Shown: positions 22,803 to 34,740 of the stretch, in pieces
Numbering within the stretch: the first letter of the stretch is position 1
How the letters are laid out: each line of letters opens with the position of its first letter
Assembly: GCF_006345805.1 (NCBI RefSeq)
Contig: NW_021834245.1
Coordinates: forward strand, 1 to 50,512
Source: Octopus sinensis
Lineage: Eukaryota
Direction: 5' to 3'
DNA length: 50,512 nucleotides
The notes under the pieces: generated by a model
Database searches by the model: none
What the model was told of the DNA's origin: nothing
Seen by the model: the letters and a program-made list of their open reading frames with translations, nothing else
Translations under genes and position numbers: made by a program

Positions 22803-23251
22803 ATAATCTGAGGGCTCAAGGGCAGAACATAGAGAGTTCCTTTTATCTTGAATTTGTTTTTACTCAGAGTATCTGTTGCGTAGGCGAATTACTTTCGCTC
22901 AATTGTACTTTACATGATGTAAACCGCACTCAGTGTTTGTTGCAGCATACATAATCAGATCAAGTGGATTAACAACAACAATAACAAAGTTGACATTCAA
23001 AGAAGTGAACCATCAACATGACTAATAACAGTAAAATTCGGCAAAGCAACAGGCCTTTATGTGGTCACTTAGCTTGCTAGAAATAGCAGCCAGATACCCC
23101 AGAAATGCCACTCTATTGTCTTTAGTAAAATACACATTGGATAACGTGGTCCTGGATTCCTAACATATGGGATAAAGACAAGATGGTCGTGGCTGGAATA
23201 CCTTTGATCACAGTTCAGTTTGGACTTATATTTGAAGATATATAAAGATAT

Positions 23252-23640
23252 AGGTGTAGGAGTGGCTGTGTGGTAAGTAGCTTGCTAACCAACCACATGG
23301 CTGCAGGTTCAGTCCCACTGTGTGGCACCTTGGGCAAGTGTCTTCTACTATAGCCTCAGGTCGGCTAAAACCTTGTGAGTGGATTTGGTAGACGGAAACT
23401 GAAAGAAGCCCGTTGTATATATGTGTATATGTTTCTGTGTCTGTGTTTGTCCCCACCAACACTGCTTGACAACCGATGCTGGTGTGTTTACATCCCCGTA
23501 ACTTAACGGTTCGGCAAAAGAGACTGATAGAATAAGTACTAGGCTTACAAAGAATAAATCCTGGGGTTGATTTGCTCGACTGAAGGCAGTGCTCCAGCAT
23601 GGCCACAGTCAAATGACTGAAACTAGTGAAAGAGAGAGAA
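23252..23640 (+). mobile_element. Full-length SINE family A
   Basis: A-box-like TGGCTGTGTGG, B-box-like GGTTCAGTCC, CORE-like CCTTGGGCAAGTG, microsatellite spacer, stem-loop tail. Confidence 0.9.
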
Positions 23641-23734
23641 CACACTTTTTTTCCCCACAAAATGTCTCAAAGAAAAAAGAAAATCACTCCAGGACTTAAC
23701 TGTGAAGCTGGCCTTCCCATTCAAAATTTGAAGT

Positions 23735-23985
23735 TTAAAGTTTCCTCCTCAGGTCATACTGACTCATAAGGGTCAGTCTCCCAGTTTCAGTGGCATATAT
23801 ATTCCCCACTTGAACAGGATACCAGTCTGTCGCAGGATAACTCATTTTTGCCAGCTGAGTGGACTGGGTTAACATGAAATGAAGTGCTTTGCTCAAGAAC
23901 ACAATGTGTCGCTCGGTCAAGGAATCGAAACCACAATCATACAATCATGAATCCAACACCCTAACCACTAAGCCACGTCCCTCAC
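23735..23985 (-). mobile_element. SINE family E
   Basis: Minus-strand A-box TGGCTTAGTGG, B-box GTTTCGATTCC, and GTGTTCTTGAGCAAAGCACTT as at 3747-3866. Confidence 0.75.
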
Positions 23986-24635
23986 TGGGTCTCCCATTAG
24001 CTCATTTTGTCCTTGATGCTCACTTTTTTCCTGAAATTGGGGTGCATGTAACATTGGCATCGAAATTCGGCACAAGGCCAGGAATTTCAAGATTACAGAA
24101 ACCCCAATGCTCAACAGGTACTTATTTTGCCAACCCCACAGAGATGAAAGGCAAAGTCGACCTTAGCGGAATTTGAACCTGGAACAAGAAGACGGATGAA
24201 ATGCTGTTAATGATTCAGCCAGTATGCTGCCGTAGGGAAAGGGGTGCAGCTAACATTGGTTTACACAATGCCTGGAAAAAAAAACAGGATGGTCATGGAT
24301 GGAACGCCTTTGGTTACAGGTCTGTTCAAACACAACTGACTAGGGACTTACCTGTTGCTTTATTTTATTTTATTTTTTATTTTATATCTTACTTTTCCAT
24401 CTTTCTATACTTATACTCCACTCAGTTGGGAGAAAGGGGATTCTGTCTTGCAAGTACTTGATGACCTCACTAGTGCTCATTTGTTAATTGGTTAATTAGT
24501 TATCTAGTTCAGTTGTAGTAGTAACAACGACGACAATAATAATAATAATAATAATATAATAATAATAATAATAATAATAAGGCAGCCGAAATAGAGTTAT
24601 AATGAAAAGAAACCATACATAATAATAATAATAAT

Positions 24636-25022
24636 TTACTCTTTTACTTGTTTCAGTCATTTGACTGTGGCCATGCTGGAGCACCGCCTTTAGTCGAGCA
24701 AATCGACCCCAGGACTTATTCTTTATAAGCCTAGTACTTATTCTATCGGTCTCTTTTTGCTGAACCACTAAGTTACGGGGACGTAAACACACCAGCATCG
24801 GTTGTCAAGCGATGTTGGGAGGACAAACACAGACACAAACACACATATATATATACATATACATATATGTGATGGGCTTCTTTCAGTTTCCATCTACCAA
24901 ATCCACTCACAAGGCTTTGGTTGGCCCTAGGCTATAGTAGAAGATACTTGCCCAAGGTGCCACGCAGTGGGACTGAACCCGGAACCATGTGGTTGGTAAG
25001 CAAGCTACTAACCACACAGCCA
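24636..25022 (-). mobile_element. Near full-length SINE family A
   Basis: Reverse complement of the 23252-23640 structure. Confidence 0.9.
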
Positions 25023-25052
25023 GTATATTATTATTATTATTATCATTATTAT

Positions 25053-25098
<46 letters not shown>

Positions 25099-25100
<2 letters not shown>

Positions 25101-25320
25101 ACAAACATGCACCACCCAAAAGCAGAGACGTTGATCGTCTGTACCTACCTAGAAGTAGTGGGGGAAGACGAATGATGCAGGTAAAACTTCTGCTAAAGGA
25201 GCTCCACAATAGCAATGTACAGATACTCATCCAGTGCAGAGAACTGGATGCTGCAGCTTGTGTGCAAATACAAAAGCAGCAAAAAAATCACATTCTATTG
25301 TCAAGGAAGCTTGCAAATCC
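25099..25320 (+). mobile_element. R4/Dong-clade LINE ORF fragment next to (AAT)n
   Basis: MHHPKA/DVDRLYLPRSSGGR (2-nt frameshift) matches the R4-type HHPKADVDRLYLPR..GGRG motif; WMLQLV...HSIVKEA follows. It starts right after (AAT)n. Confidence 0.8.
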
Positions 25321-25784
25321 AAGTGGTAATGGAACAAACATAAATACACACAAACAAACAAACATATATACATATATAAGACAGGCTTCCTCACAGTTTC
25401 TGTCTACCAGATGCACTCGCAAGGCATTACTTGGCCTGGGGCTATTGTCAAAGATTTTTACCTAGGTGGCTTTTGCAAAGGAATTGAACCCAAAACCACA
25501 TGGTTTCAAAGCAAACTGCTTAACTCCATAGCCATGCTTACACCTACATATATTAGTTTTCACACCATTTCTGTCAATTAAATTTCATTCACAGGAATAG
25601 GATCAGGACAAGGCTACAGCAGAAGACCCTTGTCCAAGGCAGACCGCGGAGAAATTGAACCCGCAACCACCTGATTGAAGAACCAAATATCTTAACCACA
25701 TTCCTATGCCTGCAAATATTTTGTGCACCGCTCTCTATTAATTTTACCATCTGTCTCCCTGAACAATTACAACAGTAACAGCAA

Positions 25785-25785
25785 C

Positions 25786-25820
<35 letters not shown>

Positions 25821-25869
25821 TAATAATAATAATAAATAATAATAATAATAATAATAATAAATAATAATG

Positions 25870-25907
<38 letters not shown>

Positions 25908-25917
25908 TAATAATAAG

Positions 25918-25948
<31 letters not shown>

Positions 25949-26027
25949 TAATAATAATAATAATAATAAATAATAATAATAATAATAATAATAATGATAA
26001 TAATAATAATAATAAATAATAATAATG

Positions 26028-26063
<36 letters not shown>

Positions 26064-26071
26064 TAATAATA

Positions 26072-26115
<44 letters not shown>

Positions 26116-26158
26116 AATAATAATAATAATAATAATTATAATAATAATAATAATAATA

Positions 26159-26194
<36 letters not shown>

Positions 26195-26260
26195 TAATAA
26201 TAATAAATAATAATAATAATAATAATAATAAATAATAATAATAATAATGATAATAATAAC

Positions 26261-26305
<45 letters not shown>

Positions 26306-26315
26306 TAATAATAAT
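25785..26315. repeat. (AAT)n microsatellite, about 530 bp
   Basis: Directly visible. Confidence 0.95.
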
Positions 26316-27122
26316 AGTCTAACAATAATAAACAAAATAAAGGCCAAGTCTTTAAGAAGCAATTAGTGTTTATGAGATTAATCTAAATGCCACTGTACTT
26401 GTGGAAGATTAATGAAGGTGAGAAAAGCTGACATTCATTAATTGTGTATGTGCACGTGGTGCATATGAGCTGTGTGTGTGTGTGTGTGTGTGTGTGAGTA
26501 CAGTATGTGTTGTGTATGTGTGTGTGTATGTGTGTGTGGGTGTAATGGTAACCATTTCCTCTAGCTTTTATCAAAACTGGTGGTACGGATACTTTAAATA
26601 ATTTTCCACTAATGAGAACACAAACTCTCATACACACACACACACACACACACACCACACACTTGATGGTTGCAACTTGATTTCGAGTTAAGCTATCACT
26701 TAATTATTCTCTTAAACATCAACGACACGGATGTGGATTTTCCAGTCCTGCTCTGGACTTGCCTTCTTTTACAAAAATGCAGCAGTGATGGGCGCCTCTT
26801 ACAGTAGGTGTTACAATAATGGTTTTGGTAAACTTTTATGAGACATTTCAGGCCACTTCCCAATGCACATTCTTTTCTACACCCACTGCAAGTAGAGATG
26901 CCATAGAATGCATAGGTAAAGTCTGTAGTACTTTAGTGGTGAATTGATGATGGTGAGCTTTCTCTATGTATGTACTTTCTCTGATGACAAGACCGAACTC
27001 ATTATTCATGCTTGCAAATTCAAGTGGTAGTTGAATAAACAAAGAAACATATATAAAACAGGCTTCCACACAGTTTCTGTCTGCCAGATTCACTCACAAG
27101 GCATTACTTGGCCTGGGGCTAT

Positions 27123-27485
27123 TACTCTTTTACTCTCTTTTACTTGTTTCAGTCATTTGACTGTGGCCATGCTGGAGCACCGCCTTTAGTCGAGCAAATC
27201 CCAGGACTTATTCTTTGTAAGCCTAGTACTTATTCTATTGGTCTCTTTTGTCAAGCAATGTTGGGGGTGGGGTGGCAAACACAGACACACAAACACATAC
27301 ACACACACACACACACATATACAACGGGCTTCTGTCAGTTTCCGTCTAGCAATTCCACTCACAAGGCTTTGGTCGGCCCAAGGCTATAGTAGAAGACATT
27401 TGCCCAAGGTGCCATGCAGTGGGGCTGAACTCGGAACCATATGGTTGGTAAGCAAGCTTCTTACCGCACAGCCACTCCTATGCCT
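27123..27485 (-). mobile_element. SINE family A with internal deletions, inserted in an older family A copy (27050-27122)
   Basis: Tail TACTCTTTTACTTGTTTCAG through head CAGCCACTCCTATGCCT. Confidence 0.85.
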
Positions 27486-27518
27486 GTCACTGTCACTGTT
27501 TTAAAACAAACTCTACAG

Positions 27519-27680
27519 CAGTGGTTCTCAAGCGGGGTCCATATGGCACTTGGAAGAGGCCCACATAAGATTTTGTCGTTAGAATTTATACTCAATAAAA
27601 TGGGTTATACTTCTACAATGGGCAAAATATTATAACAATTTATTTTTATGCAACTCCTGATATTTAATTATAATAGAATA
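27519..27680. mobile_element. hAT-like MITE left end
   Basis: Begins CAGTGGTTCTCAA, a Charlie/hAT-type TIR. The matching right TIR was not found. Confidence 0.45.
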
Positions 27681-27685
27681 TTTAA

Positions 27686-27925
27686 TGCAGCTTGGAATGT
27701 GTTTATAAGCCATTTAAAAACACACAAAAATCGTTAGATTCACTTCAACATTAAAAGTTAATTTGTCAAAATATTTTGAGAAATTAAAATTAAATGTTGA
27801 CGTGAATCTAACGATTTTTGTGTTTTTAAATAGCTTATAAACACCTTCCATGCTGCAATTGTTTTTGTTTCAGCACACGATCTCAGATCAGGTCACTTGC
27901 TATGCATGTACATCTCTGCAATTCC
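27686..27925. repeat. 172-bp palindrome (27686-27857) plus tail, between 12-bp direct repeats
   Basis: Arms are centred on CAAAAT|ATTTTG (27772/27773). AGAATATTTAAT occurs at 27675-27686 and 27926-27937. Confidence 0.85.
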
Positions 27926-28299
27926 AGAATATTTAATATAATATAATAGGATATTATGCACACACACGCATCCACACAAGACCGGTCGCTATCCAGCTAT
28001 TAGTGTCTCAAGCTAAACATTCATCCCGACCCATGAAGCATTTAACCAACCAGCAAACCTACCAAACAGCCTGTAACACCAACCTGTTTGTTGTGGTAAA
28101 CCTAACATTTGGATAAAGTAACTGGGGTTGGGTTAGGGCTAGGGTTAGCAGGAAGTGTTTCAGCCAGACCGAGAGATAAACTGGCTGTGCAGGGGATGGA
28201 CAGAGAGAGAGAGAGAGCGCTGTGATTGTTTGGTGGTAATGGTGGCATGGACAGTGGTCATGGCAGTTTGAAAGGAGGAGTAAGGAGACAGGGGTAGTG

Positions 28300-29455
28300 A
28301 CAGACAGAGAAAGAGTGCAAAAGGAATAGAGAGAGGAGGGATTGGGAGAAGGACGAGAGAGAAAGGAGAGTGAGGGGAGAGAAAGGAGAGTGTGGGAGAG
28401 AGAGGAAGGAGAGTGAGGAAGAGAGAGAAAGGAGAGTGAGGGAGAGAGAGAGAAAAGAGAGTGAGGGAGAGAGAGAAAGGAGAGTGAGGAAGAGAGAAAA
28501 AGGAGAGTGAGGAAGAGAGAGAAAGGAGAGTGAGGAAGAGAGAGAAAGGAGAGTGAGGAAGAGAGTGTGAAGGAGAGAGAGAGAAAGATAGACAGACAGA
28601 AAAGAGAGACAAACAGAGAATGAGAGGCAGAAAGAATGGGAAAGAGAGAGGAAGAGAGAAGGGGAAAGAGAGAGGAAGAAAGATAGACATAGAAATAGGG
28701 ATATAGAGAAATAAAGATAAATAGATAGAGAAAGAGAGAGACAATGATGAAGAGAGAAAAACAGAGGGAGGCAAAAACAAGGAGAAAAAAGATAGAAAGC
28801 AAATGAGAGAGAGAGAGAGAGATAAGAAGAAAGAGAGAAAAATAAAGATAAGAAACAAGTGAGAAAGGAGAAGAAGCTGGGAGATAAAGAGAGGGAGAGA
28901 GAGAGGGAAAGAAAGAGAACATGAGAGATAGAAAGAAAGAGAGAAAGAGGAAAAGAAAGGAAGAGAACATGAGAGGTAGAGAAAGATGAAAAGAAAGAGA
29001 ACATGAGAGAGAGGAAAAAAAAGAGAACATGAGAGAGAGAGAGGAAAAGAAAGAAAGATAGGTAGAGAGGAAGAAAGAGAGAGAGACGAAAAGAAAGGAA
29101 GAGAACATGAGAGGTAGAGAAAGAGGAAAAGAAAGAGAACATGAGAGAGAGAGAGAGGAAAAAAAAGAGAACATGAGAGAGAGAGAGGAAAAGAAAGAAA
29201 GATAGGTAGAGAGGAAGAAAGAGAGAGAGACGAAAAGAAAGGAAGAGAACATGAGAGATAGAAAGAAAAAGAGAAAGAAGAAAAGAAAGAAAGAGAACAT
29301 GAGAGGTAGAGAGAGAGAAAGAGAGAGAGGGAGAATAAATGAAAAAAGGAAATCGGAAATATGGCAAAAGTAACAAGAAACAATAAATTCTGCCAGGAAA
29401 AGAAGAGAAAAAAGAAAATGCAACAAAAAAAAATAGAAGTTTTTAAAAAAAAACA
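28300..29455. repeat. Polypurine (GA-rich) tract of about 1.1 kb with 21-bp and about 140-bp sub-repeats
   Basis: GAGAGAAAGGAGAGTGAGGAA units at 28355-28565 and GAGAACATGAGAG units at 28915-29305. Confidence 0.9.
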
Positions 29456-29644
29456 TCTAGCAAGAACATAACTAAAAATCAAAACCAATGTTTTTCCGTC
29501 GGCCAACTTCCCACAACCCGTATCAATTAGGGGGAAACTGATTGGGAAGTTTTTTCCTCCAATCAACACACAAACTGATAACCAATCAATGCCTTGTTTG
29601 GCCACAGATCAAAACTTATTGTTTTATGTAGTTTGTTGTTTTGT

Positions 29645-30005
29645 TTTTACTCTCTTTTACTTGTTTCAGTCATTCGACTGCGGCCATGCTGGAGCACCAC
29701 CTTTTAGTACTTATTCTATCGGTCTCTTTTTGCCGAACCGCTAAGTGACGGGGACCTAAACACACCAGCATCGGTTGTCAAGCAATGCTAGGGGGACAAA
29801 CACAGACACACAAACACACACACATATACATATATATACATATATACGACAGGCTTCTTTCAGTTTCCGTCTACCAAATCCACTCACAAGGCATTGGTCG
29901 GCCCGGGGCTATAGCAGAAGACACTTGCCCAAGATGCCACGCAGTGGGACTGAACCCGAACCGTGTGGTTGGTAGGCAAGCCACTTACCACACAGCCACT
30001 CCTGC
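29645..30005 (-). mobile_element. SINE family A
   Basis: Tail to head, with an internal deletion. Confidence 0.9.
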
Positions 30006-30308
30006 GTTTTGTTTTGTTTTTGTTTTTTTTTGTTTTTTTTTGGTTCTAAAAAATATTTTTGTTGTTCGTTTAGTTTTATGGCCTTTGTATTTCATGTCTT
30101 GTTTCGTGATCAATAAATAACACAGTTGGTTACAGGTTTTTTGGAAGGGCCAATAACTGGTTCGCTGCATTTTTTATGGTGAGAGTCATGAGGGATTGTC
30201 TAACTTGGCAAAAACAAACACAACGCAGCATGCTTTGTGTTCAATAGTACCGGGTTTTCTGTTTCCTTTGGTTTTTTTTTTTCTTTTTCTTTTTCTCACC
30301 AAGTTTGC

Positions 30309-31520
30309 AGGCATGGCTGTGTGGTTAAGGAGGCTTGCATTGCAAAGCCATGCCGTTTCAGTTTCAATCCTACTGCATGGCACATTGGGCAAGTGTCTTC
30401 TACTATATATTTCATTACTACCCGCAAGGGGCTAAATACGGAGGGGACAAACAAGGACAGACAAACGGATTATGTCGATTATATCATCCCCAGTGCACAA
30501 CTGGTACTTAATTTATCAACCCCGAAAGGATGAAAGGCAAAGTCAACCTCAGCGGAATTTGAACTCAGAATGTAGCAGCAGACGAAATACCTATTTCTTT
30601 ACTACCCACAAGGGGCTAAACACAGAGGGGACAAACAAAGATAGACAAGCGGATTAAGTCGATTACATCGACCCCAGTGCACAACTGGTACTTATTATTT
30701 AATCGACCCTGAAAGGATGAAAGGCAAAGTCGACCTCGGCGGAATTTGAACTCAGAACGTAGTGGCAGACGAAATACCTATTTCTTTACTACTCACAAGG
30801 GGCTAAACACAGAGGGGACAAACAAGGACAGACAAACGGATTAAGACGATTACATCGACCCCAGTGCACAACTGGTACTTAATTTATCAACCCTGAAAGG
30901 ATGAAAGGCAAAGTCGACCTCGGCGGAATTTGATCCCAGAACGTAACGGCTGACGAAATACGGCTATGCATTTCACCCGGCATGCTAACGTTTCTGCCAG
31001 CTCGTCGCCTATGTATCTTCTACTATAGCCCCAGGGTCAATCAACACCTCGTGAGTAAATTTGCTAGTTGGAAATTGTACAGAAACCCATCACATGCTTG
31101 TGTGCACGCATGTGCATGTGTGCGTGTGTGTGCATGCACGTGTGTGCATACTTGCACTCATGTGTTTGTGTCTGTGTTTATTACCCTACCCCCCCTCCAG
31201 TGCTTGACAATCTATGTTGGTTTGTTTATGTCCTCATAACTTAGTTGGGTAGCAAAAGACATGGATGGAATAAGCACCAGGCTTGAAAAAACCTAACAAA
31301 TTTTCTAGGGTAGATTTGTTGGCGTTAGGAAGGGCATCCAGCTGTAGAAACTCTGCCAGATCAGATTGGAGTCTGGTTTGCCAGGCCTCAGTCAAATCGT
31401 CCAACCCATGCTAGCATGGAAAGCAGACGTTAAATGATGATGACGATGATGATGATAATGATGATGAAAACCCTTCAAGGCAGTGCCCAACCACAGTCCC
31501 ATGACTGAAGCAAATAAAAT
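30309..31520 (+). mobile_element. SINE family A hosting a family C trimer and an RTE tail (31318-31467)
   Basis: Head 30309-30407, resumes at 31013, final tail AAGGCAGTGCCC...ATGACTGAA at 31478-31520. Confidence 0.8.
30408..31010 (-). mobile_element. SINE family C: one head plus three tandem bodies
   Basis: Junctions GAAATAC|CTATTTC at 30590/30591 and 30777/30778. Flanking duplication GT(G/A)TCTTCTACTATA at 30393-30407 and 31013-31027. Confidence 0.92.
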
Positions 31521-32194
31521 ATTATATTTACATCTTTCCCTAATATACATTGGCAAAAGATATACTCTTTTACTTGTTTCAGTCATTTGACTGCGGCCTT
31601 GATCTATAAGATCGCTCGATCACAACCTGCTAGAAATAGCAACCAAATCTCCCTCGAATCAAACTTAGGAAAGAAAAGACATGTTGTATACTGTGTTCTT
31701 TAATGCAATGTCTGAAAAATAAAAGATAAAAAAGACAGGATTGTCATAAATGGAATGTCTTCCATCAAAGAATAAGGGATAAACAACAAAAGTACCCTTC
31801 ATTTCATGTCTTCTGTGGATACATTTTGAGTTAGCTACAGGGAAAAATAACTTTACTTGGTCACAATATAATTTGCAAGACAAAACAGCACCCCTTCTGG
31901 GAAGAAGATGGCATTGTGTTGTGTGTTGAGAAGTTAAAGCATCATAGAGGGATAAGAAATGGTTTTGCTGCTATAGAAGAAATACATGGCTACCCTACGT
32001 TATCTAAGGGTGGGTTGGAGTAACTGAGATGGAGCTAGAACAGGAGATAAAAGTGGTGGAGAGGAAGTGTCAGAGCATACTTTCAAGGTATAAAAAGGTG
32101 AATTGGAGAGAGTTTGGCAGATGGAAGGGCATCTAGCCATAGAAAATCCATCGACAAAATTCCACCCAATCTAAGTAAGTGTGGAAAAGCAGCA

Positions 32195-32387
32195 TGTAAA
32201 AGCACCCACTACACTCTTGGAGTGGTTGGCATTAGGAAGGGCCTCCAGCCGTAGAAACTCTGCCAGATCAGATTGGAGCCTGGTGCAGCCATCTGGTTTG
32301 CCAGTCCTCAGTCAAATCGTCCAACCCATGCTAGCATGGAAAGCGCATGTTAAACGGTGATGATGATAATGATGATGATGATGATGG
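32195..32387 (+). mobile_element. RTE 3' tail with (GAT)n
   Basis: Reverse complement of 4119-4315. Related tails lie at 17405-17610, 38250-38410, 39735-39940, 44165-44220 and 47795-48020. Confidence 0.85.
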
Positions 32388-32729
32388 TGCAGCAAAATTG
32401 AAAGAAATTGTTCTTTAAAGGGAAAAAAGGTCTGTCATATCTTAAAGAATATAGGGAAAATGAAATGAAACTCAGCCACACATCATCATCATCATCATCA
32501 TTGTCATCCTCATCATCATCACTTCTCATGTCTACTTTTTTTTCTATGCAAGCATGGGTTGAATGAGACTTGTTGAGGTGGTATTCCGATGCCATCCATT
32601 ACACTTGTTTCCAAGTAAAGCATTTTATATTCTGCTGGTTTTTGCATAATGAACCACTGAGCTGTGGGACGTGCGTAAACATCACAGCTGCTCAAATGAT
32701 CTGAATGTGACGACATACAAACACACATC

Positions 32730-32861
32730 TATGCTTCCCAACTACACGGTTCCAGGTTCAGTCCCACTGTTTGGCACCTTGGGCAAGTGTCTTCTACTAT
32801 AGACCTAGGCTGACTGAAGTCTGTGAGTGGATTTGGTAGACGGAAACTGAAAGAAGCCCAA

Positions 32862-32892
<31 letters not shown>

Positions 32893-33085
32893 GCGTGTGT
32901 GTCCTACCACTGCTTGACAACCAGTGTTGGTTTGTTTACATCTATGTAACCTGCAGTTTGGCAAAAGAGACCAATAGAGTAAGTACCAGGCTTTAAAAAA
33001 AAAATTAATTGTATCGATTTGTTTGACTAAACTCTTCAAAACTCTGACATGGTTGCAATCCAATAACTGCACCAACTAAAAAAAA
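32730..33085 (+). mobile_element. SINE family A (diverged, 5'-truncated)
   Basis: GGTTCAGTCCCACTG...GGATTTGGTAGACGGAAACTGAAAGAAGCCC, (TG)n, tail. Confidence 0.8.
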
Positions 33086-33406
33086 AGATAAACACACACA
33101 CACACACGCACACACACAATGCTTCTGTACACTTTCATTCTACCAAATTCACTCACAAAACAAAGGTCAATTTGAGACTATAGAAGACACTTGCCCAAGG
33201 TACCACACAGTGAAACTGAACCCTAAACCCATGTGACCACAAAACAAACATCTTACCCAGATAGCCAAACTTATGCTTACTTTAACATACTTTAATAATA
33301 AATCAGTGAGGGAGTCTCAACATTAGCGGTTCACAAGCATTTTTTTACCATGGACCCCTTTTATTACTATTTTATTCTGGTAGACCCCACCATAGGCATT
33401 CAATGT

Positions 33407-33635
33407 TTAATCCTTTAGCATTTAAACTGACTATATCTGGCCAAAACATCCTACCTGATTTAGGTACAAACCAACCTGATCTGGCCTCTCACTCCTACCC
33501 TACAATGTCATTCTAACAATAAACAATCACATCATCAAAAATCTCAAAGCTATGAGATAATTCATGAGTAATTGAAAACAATTTGAATAAATAAGCATTA
33601 CGTTTAATGGAATAATTTGAATGCCAAAGAGTTAA
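33407..33635. mobile_element. TTAA-flanked piggyBac-like MITE
   Basis: TTAA-TCCTTTAGCATT ... AATGCCAAAGAG-TTAA. The related copy at 40850-41707 is in the opposite orientation. Confidence 0.65.
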
Positions 33636-33692
33636 AAACTGGTTTTATAAATACATCTTTCAAAATCCCTATTTTGTTTTTCACATATTCAC

Positions 33693-33923
33693 TTTGATTT
33701 TGATTTTGATTTTTCCAGTTTCAGCTAATGAGCTGTGGCCATGCTGGGGCACCGCCATTTTGGTGAAAGAGTACAGCAGGGATCACCATCCCCTGCCGGA
33801 GCCTCGTAGAGCTTTTAGGTGTTTTCGCTCAGTAAACACACACAACGCCCAGTCTGGGAATCGAAACCGCGATCCTGCGACCGCGAGTCCGCTGCCCTAA
33901 CCACTTGGCCATTGCGCCTCCAC
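33693..33923 (-). mobile_element. SINE with a family B head and a CR1-like tail
   Basis: Head as at 17852. Minus-strand tail GGCGGTGCCCCAGCATGGCCACAGCTCATTAGCTGAAAC followed by (AAAATC)n. Confidence 0.8.
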
Positions 33924-34062
33924 TTGTGTAGGTTTGCAACAGAACTCTCTGAGAGAACATGTTTCAGTGGCTAGAAGCATGTATAAACTATGTAAAATGT
34001 TTCAAAAAGAAACCTAGCTGTTTCTTGTAATACATCATCATCATCATCATCATTTAACATCT

Positions 34063-34468
34063 GGTGCAGGAGTGGCTGTGTGGTAAGTAGCTTGCTTACC
34101 AACCACATGGTTCCGGGTTCAGTCCCACTGCATGGCACCTTGGACAAGTGTCTTCTACTATAGCCTCGGGTCAACCAAAGCCTTGTGAGTGGATTTGGTA
34201 GACAGAAACTGAAAGAAGCCTGTCGTATATGTATATATATATGTGTGTGTATGTGTGTTTGTATGTCTGTGTTTGTTCCCCCAACATCACTTGACAACTG
34301 ATGCTGGTGTGTTTATGTCCCTGTAACTTATCGGTTCGACAAAAGATACCGACAGAATAAGTACTAGGCTTACAAAGAAGAAGTCCTGGAGTCGATTTGC
34401 TCGACTAAAGGCAGTGCTCCAGCATGGCCGCAGTCAAATGACTGAAACAAGTTAAAAAGTAAAGAGTA
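34063..34468 (+). mobile_element. Full-length SINE family A
   Basis: Complete head, spacer and tail. Confidence 0.9.
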
Positions 34469-34469
34469 T

Positions 34470-34740
34470 CTGTTGTACATACTGGCATGGGTTGGATGGT
34501 TTGACCAGGGTTGGCAAAGCTGGAAGGCTGCATCAGACTCCAGTCCAATTCGCAATGATTTTCTATGGTTGGATGCCCTTCCTAACACCAACCACTCCAA
34601 GAGTGTAATGGGTGCTTTTACATGCCACTGGCAATGGTGCCACGACTGCGATTTTGCTCGGCTTGATGGGTCTTCTTCTCAAGCACAACATAATGCCAAA
34701 GATCTCAGCTACTTTGCCTCTGTGAGGCCCAACATTCGAA
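34470..34740 (-). mobile_element. RTE 3' fragment
   Basis: Matches 4150-4320 and 4710-4800 of the RTE. Confidence 0.8.

Noticed and set aside
26700-27045. Possible coding exon in non-repetitive sequence
   Set aside because: No recognisable motif in the frames I read, and the listed ORF starts inside a SINE. Left unassigned.
28124-28150. Telomeric repeat
   Set aside because: Only about four degenerate TTAGGG-like units.
28059-29605. Long ORFs of 372-481 aa on the minus strand
   Set aside because: Open in all three frames because CT-rich DNA lacks stops; the products are S/L/F low complexity.
29785-30120. Recurrent VSVYQIHSQG...EDTCPRCHAVGLN peptide ORFs
   Set aside because: Antisense translation of SINE family A, repeated at many copies.
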